DNA of 64,000 nucleotides. Origin: Paraspadella gotoi (Eukaryota > Animalia > Chaetognatha). The stretch is taken from positions 13,831,887 to 13,895,886 of the forward strand of contig CM119269.1 in NCBI GenBank assembly GCA_051294375.1. Direction: 5' to 3'. Below are positions 24,518 through 39,000 of the stretch, in pieces (within the stretch, counting starts at the first letter, position 1; each line of letters starts with the position of its first letter). Below the pieces are notes generated by a model that did not search any database, was not told the DNA's origin, and saw only the letters and a list, made by a program, of their open reading frames with translations. The position numbers were made by a program, and so were the translations under genes.

Positions 24518-27260
24518 TCAGTTCCTGGTCAAGATGACTTGAACAGAGTACGTCCTCCTTGGCGTTGTCTCGTAGACGTCGCGAAGGCTGTCGTCGAAGA
24601 GGATCGGGTGGAGGAAGCTGTGTTGATAAATGTTTTGAATGGAGCAGAAGGGAAGGGAAGAGACGTCCGAGGAATAGCCTGTTGTAGTGGGGGCAGGTAA
24701 TGGACACGGTTTGGAAAAAACGATTTGAGTACGAATTGGCAATTGCACGTTGTCTTACCGATGTTGCCTTGCCCTATGTCCGTCCATCCTATTGTGTCGC
24801 CGGCCAAAACCCGGAAATACCGATATCGCGGGAAACGAACCTGTGAGAAACGGAGGCGAAGAGTTTCACGTTTCTTTGTTTATTTATTTGTTTGTTTTTT
24901 TTTTTGTTTTTTTTTTTGCTCGTATTTTTACTATCTTTTTCTTTCTTTCTTTCTTTTTTCTTCTTTCTTTCTCTCACCTCATTCAAACCCTTCTTCAATC
25001 GAACGAGATGCTGACCGACGAATTGAAACTGGCATCTTTCTTGTCCACTCGGTCTCCAGATCTGTGAAGTTAAATATAGATCGATCCACGAATTTTATTA
25101 TCCCACGTGGTTCAAAAATGGTTCAAAGACCCTCAACCCCTCTGCCCTTTGAAATTTTCAACACACCTGCATGAAGATCTCGCCCGGGAGTGTTGCGAAT
25201 ATCCTCCAGCCCACGATCCGGCCGGGGCTGGTGATGCGCATGGACGGCATCACGTGAGTTGGGTTGATGGAAACGTCTCGACGTTTCCGGGGCTCGAGCG
25301 CCGATCCGATGTATTCTGCAATGATTTATTTGATTGATTGATTGATTAATTGATTGATTTTTCTTTGTTTCTTTCGATTTAAATGTTCTAGCAAAGCTAA
25401 CTCACTCTCTCCAGGAATCGGACGCTGACTACGCTCCGTTGTCGTTGTTGTTGTTGTCGTCGAGGTCGTCGTCGTTGCCGTCGTAGTCGTCGTTGCCGCC
25501 GTCGTCGTCGTCGTCGTCGGCGCCATCGTCGAAATCGTATCTTCCGTCGCCGCCGCGGTCGCAACTGTCGCCGGAGAAGTTGTCCCAATCTCCGCCGTCG
25601 TCATGGCGACCGTCGTACCCGCCGTCGTCGTCGCGTCCTTCGCGGTGGTGGCGCCACCTTCTCCGCCTTCGCCGACCACGAGTCTCGTCGTCGTCTTCCT
25701 CGATTTCTCGAGATCCTCGACGATGACGTCGCTGGGAAATCGCGGCGACGGCTCCACCACCTCGTCGTCGTCGTCGCCCTCGTCGTCTTCGGGCGGCGTC
25801 TCCGTCGTGTCCCTCAACATCGCCGTCGAGGGACCCGAAGTTCGGACGACCTCGTCGACGGCGGCTTCAGTTGACGTCGCTTCGGTCGTCGCTTCGAAGG
25901 TCGTCGTTGTCGTCGTCGGCGGAGGGGAAGTCGTGGACGGGGTGGTGGTGGTGGTGGTCGAGGTGGTCGTTGTCGTGGTGGGCAATGTGGTTGTGGTGGT
26001 CGTCGTCGGCGGGGATGAAGTGGAGGTTGTTGTGGTCGTTGTAGGTGGTGACGTTGTGGTCGTTGTTTGCGTCTCCACTTCCTCCTCCTCTTCTTCCTCC
26101 GCGGGAGGGAAGGTTCGGAAGTCGTCTGGTCTTGAAGGAAGAGTCGGGATGAGGTGCTCTTCCAAATCTGAGAGTCGAAAAGAAGGAGAAATGTCTTCGG
26201 TATCTTCGATAAGGAATTTTGATTGTACTTTCTTTCCAATCAGGTTTACGGTAGATACATTAACGGACAAAAGAGTAGCGCTCGTTAACGGAGAAGAAAA
26301 TAAAATAAAGGAGGACCATAACAGTAGGATTAATATAATAATGTAATTGATTATTATTATTAATATTATACAATTGAAAGGAATATTAAAATTACACTTT
26401 TTGTTACCACCTAAAAGCTACGACCTAAAAATTCTTTTATCCGTAATTACGGTAATTCCTTTTAATTTTTTTTTCAAAGTTAACTCTTCTTTGCATTTCT
26501 TATTTTCTTATTCTTCGTAAATCGAACTTCTTTCACCGCTTCCAAAATCCTTCTAGTCTAATATTAACTTTCAATATAATCACTAATCATTCTTTTTCAA
26601 TCTGAATCACCAAATTATTTTTTTTTCACAAATGACCCTTCTCCAACTTCCCCCAAAATTCCCGCCTTTCTCATCCGGGCAGCACGCCCCTCTATTCTAT
26701 CCTTACCCTAACCTCACCCTTTTTTCGCCTCCGCTTTCCCGGCCTTACTCAAGCCTTACCCTTCTTCCTGACGCATCTGTACTCGACGAGAAGGTAGGAA
26801 TGAATAGGGAGGATGTCAGCTGGTCGGTAGGCGGGGTCGCCGCAGGGGAAAGCCTCCGAAGCTTTGGCAGCCTTTACTTTGCACTTGGGCTTGCCATTGC
26901 AGTAGGCAAAGTCCACGGGTCTTTTGCAGTCGATGGGAGAAAATTCGCACCTAGGGGGGCGATTGGAGATCAATATTTTATTATTTCAGTATTTCAGTTT
27001 TGGTGTTTCAATGTTTTAATATCCTCGCAGAAAAATCATCGACTTAATTGATATTTTCTTTTTTTCTTTATAATATGTTTTTTTTTAAATAACTGACCAA
27101 AAATTAATATCTTTTTAACTCACCGTTCTCTTTTTCGCGCGCCCACGGGTTTGTAGCCGTAAAAGGCGTTTTCCACGAGGATCACGTGACGTCGTTTGCA
27201 CTGAATTCTTGTGCTTTTGTTGCGTCGCGTTTGAGTGCAAACTCGGGCTTCTTGCATTTC
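24518..27260 (-). CDS. SUEL/rhamnose-binding-type (Gal_lectin) domain + Thr-rich mucin stalk + C-terminal beta-rich domain; 5' exon(s) unresolved
   Basis: Exons 27260-27124, 26950-26760, 26203-25406, 25315-25167, 25061-24978, 24840-24759, 24678-24518. Lectin signature: C...IQCKRRHVILVENAFYG...C...C...CNGKPKCKV...FPCGD...SYLLVEYRC. This is followed by a ~265-aa T/P/E-rich segment, RKRR, and PGRIVGWRIFA...MQIWRP...FVG...VLAGDTIGW...RTYSVQVIL*. Confidence 0.82.
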
Positions 27261-27648
27261 CTGCGCGGGGCAGAGAGTGGTCAGGGAGATTAGGAGGAAG
27301 GTCAAAGATCAAGGTTCGGGGTGACTGGTAGTTAAAATGGAATTATAGTAATATCAATTATTTAATATTTTTTCTGGAACCAATGTATTGCTGTTTTTAA
27401 AAAAACGCTTAATTAATTAAGACTCATTCGTCGCTTTCAGTTTTAGAATCTACAGGTATATTTTTAAACCTTTATATATGTAAATTTGATAACAGAATTT
27501 GTTTCGATGATTTTGTTATCCGATGGTCGTTGTATGAAGCATCGTCGTCATCCTTGACATTTTCATTGTCGTCGTTGTCAGGGCTATAATTCAAATTCCA
27601 AAGTTTTATCACAAACTGATTTCTCAAGCCTCCGACGACAACGGCGGG

Positions 27649-27711
<63 letters not shown>

Positions 27712-28174
27712 TGTGGAATTTTATCAGAGATCGAATGGAATCGTTTTGGAGCAGACGGCTGCAGACATGACAAGAAGAGTTATGAAGAGAGGGAAAAAGA
27801 AAGGGAAGGCCAAATAGAGAAGAAAAGAGCTTAAATAATAAAATTGATTATAAATATGGTATTCGTACTTTCGTAGTACCATTGAACTGAAAATATGACA
27901 ACATTGACTTAGCGATGCCATAGCGGGTATTACAGTTACACAAAAAGGCTTATCTTCATGACCAAGCTCGTTAAAAGACATAAGTACACTCATATACGTA
28001 GCGTCATTAACGTCTGCGCGAAGAGAAATTTAAAGTGAAAGGGAAAGAAGAAAAGTGAAAAACTGGGTTTTGATTTGGCGACGATGACGTCACCTGGAAA
28101 TAGTTTTTTATATTTTTTTCGAAAGGTCGCGATGAAAAAGGGGCAAAGTCTTTGGCCTTGGAGAGAGAGTGAGG

Positions 28175-28263
<89 letters not shown>

Positions 28264-28359
28264 TGAATAGAGAATGTTAAACTTATGTCGAGAGGAATGT
28301 CGTCTTGTCACTTCTTGACGCAAATCTTTCCGAGTTTTGTTTAAACCGATTAGCGAGTA

Positions 28360-28444
<85 letters not shown>

Positions 28445-29414
28445 AGTATATTACCCCTTCTACGATTACAACAATCGCTAATAAAAACCAAATCGAGGCA
28501 ACGGAGGTGAAAGAGATAAGGGAATAAAGGGAGAGAGATAAAAAAAAGGGCCCTGAGGGCAGGGAAGGAAGTGGGGATTCGAGGACTGGAGTGGGGACTC
28601 CCCCGAGGGGAGGCGGGGCAACAACCGAATGCTTTAGAATCGCGGAAGATTAAACGAATATTTTGGCGAAAGTCCATCTTCGTCGTCGTCGTCGTCGTCG
28701 TCGTTATCGTCTCTTCTCAAGATTTCGATTGAAATATTTTATTTTACTTTTTTCAAAAAGAAAAAAAAATCTTCTTGTTTTGAAATTTGAAGTATCGACT
28801 TTCAAAATTGAGTTTCGCTTTACAAAGAGATTAGTAACTAAATATAACTCTTGTATCAAAAACAAAGGTGTGAAACAGAAAACTACAGAGATGTTGATTA
28901 ATTTTATTCTTATCCATATCGTTGCTGCCTTTAACAAATCTCTCTTAAATCGTGCATTGTGGGAACCAGTTAAAATATTAAAGTTTACAGAAAATGATTT
29001 TTTTTTTTTAAATGAATTTCCTTTAATACTCAACTAATACTTTGATATAGTTTTTTCAACTGATTTTTTTTTTATGAATCTTAACTTTTTTTTTACTAAT
29101 TGGCAATCTGCCTATCGAATCTATCATCCAGTGCTAGTGTAATAGACCTAAATTCGGTCTGCGGAACTCAAAGCAAAACTCATTCCCCCCTCCACCCACA
29201 TAAAGTTTCCCCCCTTTTCTCTGCCGGTGGTCAAGAAATTCGAGTCGCGGAGATTCCGCCTTCCAATTGTTGTTTCTGATGGTTTGTGTTGGTCTTTGCG
29301 GGTTATTGTTGTTGGTTCTGTTGGTCTTTGTTAGTTTTTTCGCTCCTCGTCTTCCGCAAGATTCTCCCTCCCTCTGTTTACGCAGCTGAACGGAATTCTT
29401 CCGTTTGAGCCAAT

Positions 29415-29700
29415 GATTTGATTTGATTTATTTGATTGATTTGATTTGATTTGATTTGAAGTTATTGATTTGATTGATTTGATTTGATTTGATTTGATTG
29501 ATTATTGACTTGATTGATTTGACTTGATTTGATTGATTTGATTTGATTTGATTTGATTTGATTTGATTTGATTTGATTTGATTTGATTTGATTCTTTAAT
29601 GTGATTGAATTATCATTAAATTAAATTAAATTAAATTAAATTAATTGATTTGATTTGATTTGATTTGATTTGATTTATTGATTGATTGATTTGAATTGAT
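29415..29700. repeat. (TTTGA)n pentanucleotide array
   Basis: Directly visible, with a short (TTAAA)n interruption. Confidence 0.95.
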
Positions 29701-29911
29701 TAATAGACTGATTAATTTACTAAACTTCGAACCTATAGATTAATCTTCACATTGACTTATTGATAAATGTCCTACTATTAGTTTCGTTTATGGTCGAATT
29801 TCTGAACCTCGTACATTTTCTCCCTAAATTTTGTTTACCAAGTTGACGTTAATTTATATGTTTACGAGGCCCCACCCAATCTTCGCTTCTGGTGTCGACA
29901 TTGCTGTCATC

Positions 29912-29957
<46 letters not shown>

Positions 29958-30115
29958 TGAGTATCACTCTCACTCTCACGGATTAGAGTCGTGATTGTGA
30001 TCGAAATCGACACAAATTTGTTGCAATCGACGTGAAGTTCAATCGGACGCCGAACTTGGGGGCCAGATCGTCTGTCTGTCAGTCTTTCTATCTTTCTTTC
30101 TGTCTTTTTTTTCTT

Positions 30116-30209
<94 letters not shown>

Positions 30210-32769
30210 CTCTCCCTTATATTTTTCTCTCCTTTCTCGCCCATATATCAGAGTAGGTGAACTCCAGTGAGAAAATGCGTGACCCAATCTCCCTTCCCGC
30301 TTCCCCGCTGTTCACACGTCAAAACATCGCGAAAATTAAAAACCCACTTTTTCGAATTTTCCCGCGTTTTTCTCGCCCATGTTTTTCTTTGGCGACGTCA
30401 ATCAGGGCGACGTTTACTTCGCGAGTTTCATTTACTATGCCTCCAACTCATTTCATATAAAATGAATAAAATATTTTAATTTAAATAAAGTAGATAATTA
30501 TAAATACGTACAATTGGTAGTTCCGATTTCTTGCGCCAAAAGATAAAATCGAAATGAGAGAAAAATTAGAATCATATTTATTTTTCAGAATAGGTGTAAT
30601 TACATGTAATTAATTAGAAGAAAAAAAACTCTTTTGGCAGTATTTTTATTTTTAAATGTTTTGTCATCCTGGTCGCAAGACACGGAGAAAAGAAGGGAAG
30701 AAGATGAGAAAAAAAAGGTAAAAAAAGAAGGGAAGGAGTTAAGAAAAGTGGGGGAAAGTGGAAAGACGAAGTTTGGAAAGAGTTAGAAGATGTGGAAAAA
30801 AAGGTTCCGAAGGATTGATACGATTGGGCAAGTCCTTAGGGTAAAGTAGAATGTGGAGAGAGAGAGAAGAGATGGAGTAGAGAGAAGAGAGAGAGAGAGA
30901 GAGAGAGTAGAGAGAGAGACGAGAAGAGAGAAGAGGAGAGAGAGAGTTCCAGTCAGAGTGACACGGTTACGAGTTGAAACCAAACAAAGTTCATCTCTCT
31001 TTCATCCTCTTCATCTGCTTCGTACGCCCGCTAATCGTCTCTGGACGACGATAACGACGGACGACGACGACGACGAGATGACGAACGACGACGACGACAC
31101 GACGACGAACGACGACGACGACGACGAACGACGACGACGACGACCGCTTGTTTCCGATTACAAGAAGCATTTCGATCTCTCGTCTTCACAAAGAGACCAA
31201 TCTGTTTACTTCTCTTGGGAGAGGGGAAAAAAATCTATCGACTTTCGTTCACATCGCGCGCCTCACACTTTGGCTCACACTTGGCCTCACTCTGCCTCAC
31301 AATTTGCCTCCAATATTCCTTAGTTTTCAATTCAAACGGCTGATAGAACTCGAGAGAAGAACCAACAGTTTTTATTTTAAATCACTGATTAGATTATTTC
31401 TAGCTTTTTTATGAAAGATTACTTGCTTCACTATATTTTGTAAGAAAGGTTTTTATAATTGTAGTTAGGAGTAAAAGTAAAAAAATTATGCTATGAAAAT
31501 ATATTTGTAATTTATAAAATGATGTTTGTAATGTCAAATTCAAGAATTGTTATTTGTTTATTTGTTTCAAAACTGGTTAAATATTGTTGATTTTTTAAAG
31601 AAAATGGAAGGGGAAAGAAAAATATAAAAGTGAAAGAAAGAAAGAAAAAGAAGGAATTGGGCGGCGTCTTCTTGTGAGGCATAATTAAAAGGGTCTTCCT
31701 CCGCCTCAATCGATCCAACTATAAATAAACTAACTCGATTTCTGAGAAATGTTTACGTTTTCCTCACCAATTATTTACGCGAAGGTAACGATTCTCTCAC
31801 GTGGGATACAGAGAAAAAACAGATTTAGTTTCTTCGGGAGGTTATGAGATCAAACGGGAGCCCGAATATGTAGTGTACAATGTGTAAATTGTAATGAGTA
31901 ATGTACGTATAATACATGATATGACATAGCTGACATAAATTTGTCATTATGTCATTGTCTCTGTCACTGTCGACTAATCGTTTTTAATAAAAAGAACATA
32001 ACAACAAAAAAAATTTAATATATGATATTATTAGTCGGTATACATTAGATTCAAATATACTACAAAGTACAAATTACTTTTTAATTCCTGGCGCCACATT
32101 ATTTAAAAACCAAATCGTAATATTTTCTTTGATGTCGAACCGATAATAAAGAAAAATGTTAAACTAAAACGTTTTCAATAAAAGTATTAAAACCCAATTT
32201 AAAATTGTCCTTTGACTACGAGTAACCGAAAAACACCGCCATATAAGATTTATGACACGGGGAAAATAAAAATATGATTATATTTTTTTTCCTTTAAAAA
32301 AGAAAAAAAAAACATAGCAATAAATTTTACACACATGCGAAGAGGATAAGACATATAGTCGATCCATTAAGTGTTTTCTCAAAAAAAGATTCTTTTTGTG
32401 GCCAAATCCCCAAGAAGGAATGAAAAAAAAAAGTTATGCCCAAAAAAGGAAAACATCACGTGAGTTTAAAAGGAAGTCACGTGACAAAAACCGAAGCCAC
32501 ATCAAAAAAGTTCGAACGGAATTCAAAACCACTGATCTTCTGATTAAAAAACCAGGGGAAAGAAAGGATAAAAGAAAGAAGGGATAAAAGAAAGAAAGGA
32601 GAAAATAAAGAAAAAAGAAAAAAGAAGAAAATGAAATGATAAAAAATAAAATAAAGTAAAGAAGAAAAATATAAAAGAAAGAAAGTAGAAAAGAAAGAAA
32701 GGAAAAAAGAAAGAAACTAAAAAAGAAAGGAAAGGATAAAACACGTATACTAGCAAATAATACCATCCT

Positions 32770-33115
32770 TTTCCCCTCTCAACCTCTCTCTACTTCCCTC
32801 AACCCCTCTATCCACCTCTCAACCTCTCTCTACTTCTCTCAACCCCTCTAATCTCCCTCTCAACCCCTCTCTATCCCTCTTAACCTCTCTAAATCCCTCT
32901 CAATGCCCCTCTTAACCCCTCCTTACTTCGCTCAACCCCTCTTAACCCCTCTACATCCCTTTACCCCCTTCTCAACCTCTCTCATCTCCCTCTAAACCCC
33001 TCTAAACCTCTCTAATCTCCCTCTCATCTCCCTCTCAACTCCTCTACACCCCACTCAACCCCTCTCAACTTCTCTCATCCTCCCTCTCAACCCTTCTCTA
33101 CGTCTCTCAACCCAT
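32770..33115. repeat. Degenerate CT-rich minisatellite (CTCTCAACCCCTCT-type units)
   Basis: Repeated CTCAACC(C/T)CTCT cores. Confidence 0.8.
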
Positions 33116-36084
33116 CTCCGCCCCTAAGGCGCGGCTGCACCTGGCCAAGACGAGACACCCTCTTTTGAAGGCGACGAGTTTTACTACTGGAGGCGAGGGG
33201 CGATCGAAGGGGGGTGCGGGGGGGGGTAGCATGACTCGCTCCGGAGACGAGGAGGTCCATCGCGTTTATAAGAGTGAAGGGGGGAGGTTTGACTCAAAGG
33301 GATAAAAATAAAGACGAAAGCGATATGAGATTACGGAATCATTCTGAAAAATTATCAAAACTTAAGAGGAGGGAAAAAAATTCTAGGATAAAGATTAAAA
33401 AGGAAAAAAAAACCTCGTTTTTTTTTTAATATATATTTTTTGTTTCAAGGTCAAACCAATTTTTTTTTTCTTTTAATTTTATTTTTTAGCAGGAAAGAAA
33501 CAAAATTGAAATTTGATTCCGACAGAGAAAATTATCTTCCCCTATTTCGAGGAGAGAATTCGATCGAGTTGGGGAAGGGGGAAGGGGGAAGGGGGAAGGG
33601 AGGAATGGAGAAGAGGGAAGGGGGAAGGGGGTGGAGGTTTAGAAGCTTGGAGGGAGGAAAGATGATTATTGAAAGAAAAGGTGGAAAAGTAAAAAAAAAA
33701 GATTAAAACTATTTAGTTGTTAAAAAAAGGGTAAAAAAATTCGGCTTTATTTTCCCAAAACGCCTCATTTTATCTTAAATTTTGAATTTGGTTAATTTTT
33801 TTAATTAAAAATTATGGTTAAGGATTAAGTTAGGGATTAAGATAGTTATAAAGGTGAGCGTTTTAGTTTGTGATTTTGGTAAAGGGTTTGCATTAAAGAC
33901 AAGCGTTTAAAAATTACAGTTAATAAAGATTAAGGTTAAGGATTAATTTAAAAGTATAAAAATATATTTATTAAATATTATGGTCGAAATTAAATTAAAA
34001 GAAATGAGGAACTCTCGGAAAATAGAGCCTAAAATTCTTGGTCAAGAAGTCGGAAGGGCAAGCGAAGGAGTTTTGGGCGGAAGAGAAAAAGTTGTGAGAA
34101 GTTATGAGTTATGAGGTTTGGAGCTGGAAAGGCAGCTGGAAACCAGGCGGACGGAAATATGGAAAGTTGGAAAGAGGAAGTGAAAAGAGGAAGTGGAAAG
34201 TGAAAATAGAGAGGGAAAGGAGTTTAAAGATTAACGAAAAAAAACTATATAAGAAAAATGATGTAGAAAATAAGAGCTGCTAATAGACTTGATGTTCGTT
34301 GATGAGCAAATTCACCAATCACCAATCACCAATTAATCAATTATGTTTTTTCATCCCGTGTCTAAGTTGGGATTTTTTCTTAGATTTAAAATCGCTGTCT
34401 TTTTCTTTCTTTTTAACTTAACGGCCAGTTTGTTTTTAAAATTTGTTGGTAATAGCTTTAGTACATATAAATGGTGAGATCTTTTCCGTTCATAAAATAT
34501 AAAAACAATAGTTCGTTTTAATCTTCGATGTTATACGTGAAATGCACAGTGCACACTTCACAGTGTACACTTTAGATAAAGTAGAAAGTTATTAAAGAAT
34601 GAGCACAAAAAAATTTCTCTCGTACTATTAATCTCAATCAATACATTTGATGTGATTTATTTCAATCTTTGAACGGATGTGAAACTTATTATTGATAGTT
34701 GATTTAAAAAAAAAAAAAAAAACTTCCCTCCCAAGTTTGTTATGATTTCGGGATAAAATAAACGCAAAATTATGTTCGAATGATCAACAATTTTTTTTTA
34801 TATTTTCATTCCAAAAACAAAATCTTCTTTTTAAAAAATATTATCAACCATAATATTTTCTTTACCATCATAAACTCTTGAAATTTTCTTAAGGACCTCC
34901 AGTAAAATGTTTTCCTAAAAAATGTCGTGATATCAAGAACATAAAAAACACACTTTTCATTTATAAAAATAAAAGTTAATACGTGAAAAATTGGCAAATA
35001 TTTAGCGGAGAAAAATAATCTAAAGCCGAATGCGTCGGAAGCGTCTGGAAGACAGAAAAAAGTTTATCTGGAAAAATCTGAGAAGGAAGACGAACGTCAT
35101 AGTTTCCTTTTTAAAAATGTTATTTTGTTTATGTTTGTATTCATTCATTTATTTATTCATCATTCTTTTTCGTTATTTTAAATTTTAATACTGTTTTATT
35201 CATTAATTTATTCATTCATTCATATAATTGATCAATTATATTTTCATTCATTCATTCATTCCTTCATTTATTCATTTATTCATTAAGTTTAGTAGTCTTA
35301 ATTTCCTTTTAGCATTTCTACATATAATTAATTCAATTTATTACTATAATTTGATCATAATATTGACCCAAACTGATTTCAACTCTTTAATCAAAGACCC
35401 TAAATATATTCGCACTTCATATTTTCGAACTATAACAGAAATTCGTCACGTCTTGAGCGGGTCCTCCTTATTTTCTCAGTCCCCAATTTCATCATAAATT
35501 TGGAATTAAGTTTTTAGATTTAAAGATTTTGTTAGGCGACCCTTTTCGGTTCTCTTGAACTTAATTTTAAACTTAATATATGAAATTGGTACAACCAATA
35601 TAAAAATTATCCATTCAGTTAATAAATAAGCTATCTTGCCCCTGACTTTGGACTGGCTTTGGTGGTTTAAGGCAGAGATGCAGACGCGATCCGGGAGGCG
35701 GAGTGAAAACGCGCGGAGGCGCATGTTTTTTGAGGTGGCGAACTTGGACTAGAGTCAAAAATTGGGGAGAAGGGAGGCGAATGCGGAGGCGCAAAAAACG
35801 TTGCGCGTTCGCCTCTTGTGCTTTTGTTTTTATAGGCGAAAATCAAAAGGTTTTTGCCAAATTAAAACCTTTTTATTGTTCGAAAAATTGTTCTTTTTTT
35901 TTCAAATTGAGATAATGCTAAATTCTGAAGCGTTTATCAGCTGCCATTGGTTTTTTATTAACATATTTTTTATTAAAAAAAAAATTGGTTCTGTTTATAT
36001 CTATTTTAATCTAATAAGTTGTACATAGCATATATTTTATATCTTTTTCTTTTAATGCANNNNNNNNNNNNNNNNNNNNNNNNN

Positions 36085-39000
36085 CTTCTTCTCGTGAAAC
36101 TCCCGTGGAAGCGCAGGACGTCTTCAGGAGAGTCTCAGACCCTTGGAGCCACTCTATCTCCGAAGGAAGACGTCAGCCAAAACGCCCAACTCCGTGAAGC
36201 GCTCCCCCGTTAGATCTCTCCAGCATCGGCACTTTTGTGGGACCCGAAGACGCGTAAACTGAGTGGCGAGACCGCTGCGGTCTGGGGGCGGTACACCGTC
36301 TGAGAGGGGCCGCCCTTGGAGTCGGAACAGCTTGGAAATAGCTTGGAAGTGAGATCGAAGCGATCAGAGCGGCGAAGCGTAGTGGAGAAAAACCGGACCC
36401 GATATGAATTGTCACATGTAAAAAAAACCTAAGAGGTAAACAACTTAGGGCGAGGAAATAAAGGAAAAACTCCCATCCCCCCTCCCTTCTCTCCCCAACC
36501 CCCTTCCCTAGGGCCACGCCAAAGCACAAAAAAAAAAAAAAAAACATGGTAGGAGAACAAAGGGGCGGACGGTGAGATCGTGGCGAGGCGGACCGATAAG
36601 AATTAATATTCCATGAGGAATTAAAATTCTCATATCGGTCCGCCTCACTCCGAAATGCGCCATGCCATGAAAGCGGTTTTATTTTCAACAAAAATATTTC
36701 TAATCGAAAAAGACAAATAAAAAAAATTGAAAATTTCCAAAAAAAAGAAAAAGAAATAGAGAAACAAAAAGAAGACGACGGCGTTCAAAAAAAACGAGCT
36801 AAAATCCACTACGCCGCCCACGGGTAACAAACTCACCAGCTAGAGAGCGTCAAGACGCTGGAAAGACTCGCGTTAGAAATGTCTGAAATCCTTCATCACA
36901 AGCTGTTTTAAAGCGAGATCATCGCGTGTGACAGACTCCAGTCCTCTGGGCCCGGACAGAAGGCGCGGCTGCCTGTCCCGACCGGCCCCGCCACTTGGCC
37001 CGACAGGTGGTGTAAGCAGCTTGATGCGGGCGAAACCCCCACTGGCTCGGCGCCGGCAACGGAACTGTAGGTTGTACTGGGCCGAGCCCTAAAACACTGA
37101 TGGAATCGGGCTGCAGAATAACCAAGGTTATAGGGAGAGGAAGGCGTGGGGGGCGGTGGCGGCACTGCTCAGGTCCTTTTGACCTCTATATCCCACTGAG
37201 GGATCTCCATTCCCGTCCCTACGACCCAGAGACTGTCCGAACGTGATGACGGTAGATCGGGCCCCCTGCCCGAACCGTTCGATCTCTGTTATAATAAAAA
37301 TTGTTATATTGGTTGAACCATTTTATATCTATGAGGTGGATTTCAGGTCGTAAAGAATCCATGATAAAAATTCGACAAATTCACGAAAAAATCGTGCAAA
37401 AACTCCGAAGAAAACGTGATAAATAAAACGCAAAATCTAAACGGTAAGAACTCGAACTCCCATGAGCGTGAAAAAAGTAAATTGACGAGATCAAGCCGAG
37501 ATAGGGAGCCCGAGGAGGATTCGGGCGGAGATTCCTTTTTCATGGTGAATCGTATTGCTATGTCTTCTCTTAAGATGTTTTTTTTTTTCTGTGTTTTTAT
37601 TCTTTACTCTGATAAACGCTTAAAACTATCTATCGACTACCGCGAGAAACAAAAGTGCATTTTATGTGGCCATAAGCGGAGCCGGATAGAGAATATTGTC
37701 AGGTTCATTCAAGCTTAACTAAGGACTCTTTTTATAAACGATATTGTAATTTTTAGGGTGCGTTATTGCTTTAAGGATTAGTTTTAGCCAGACTTTACAC
37801 AAGCAGGGACGATCATTTTATAATGATAGCGTTCTAATTCATAAGGTAGATTGTCTTATCGTAATAGAGAGATTGTGTCCCTGTAGATACGAAAACGGTG
37901 TTAGCCGCCTCGCAACAGTAAAATAAAAATTTAATCTGTTGAGGTTATTGCGCTCTTTAATAAATAGAACAAGGCACGACAAATAGACCCTGATTCCTGT
38001 CACTCGAATCTGTCTGTAGAAAAGATCTTGATCTGACAGCAAGATGTACAGTTAATGAGATATATATAGCTAACTTGAGTAGCTGTCCGAAATTTTAAAT
38101 ATAAAGACCTAAAATTGTCAATTAAAATTCTCGTAAATTTTACTATCCTTAAATAGAAAAAGGCAATGATTAAACACTAAAATACCTCCAGTCAACCTTG
38201 AAATATGTGCAGAAGTTGCCACCACACCAAATACAAAACTTGACAACGTAAACTGTATAGTTACTATAGGGACTATCTATATGGGCCTCCGACGCCGCCG
38301 AACATGTGTAACGACATTTTTTACTTAAGGGCGTGTATCGTCTTAGTCATGGATTAGTGTGAAACTCTCGGAGTGAAACAGATCATTGACGTGTGTATGA
38401 GGAGGCCCTAGCTATGCATTCTTACTCGTTGAATTGGGTGACGTCGTACCGCAAGACTGAGGCAGCTCGGAAGGCGGAGATCAATACACCGCCGGCATAC
38501 ACGCGTCAGTTGGGGTGGAAGGAACATAGCAAGCGTAAACGTGTATTTGTGAGGTTGTACTTAAAGAAGTTAATTTGTTTATGAGTTATGATGGTGCGCT
38601 CTCTCAGTGTGGACGCAGACAAAAGTCCTCGTGAAAACCATGCTCGAGTCCACGCTGAGCAGAAGCACATGACCCGCCCGAGCGGCGCGACAGCTTTTGT
38701 CTGCACGGCATTCTCTGATGGGCTATATTGTATAAGAATGGAAAAGGTATGGAAAAAGAGGACGGAAGTGAAAAGAGGAAGTGGGAGAAGTGAAAATAGA
38801 GAGGGAAAGAGAGTTTAAAGATATAACGAGAAAAAAAACTATATTGAAAAATGATGTAGAAAAATAAGAGCTGCTAATAACTTTTGGCTTGATGTTGTTG
38901 GTGAACGATTCCGTTGACTGCTGATTGAGGTTGTGCTCCTATTCGATTGAAGGCTCTGTCCGCACTGGCCACACGATAGAGAGAATCCCTGCAATAAAAC

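Noticed and set aside
33815-33945. Interstitial telomere-like TTAGGG/TTAAGG words
   Set aside because: Too few and too degenerate to call a telomeric array or fusion site.
36085-38750. GC-richer, virus- or retroelement-like sequence with short ORFs
   Set aside because: No recognisable domain. It follows an N-gap and grades into a noisy copy of 34-35.6 kb.
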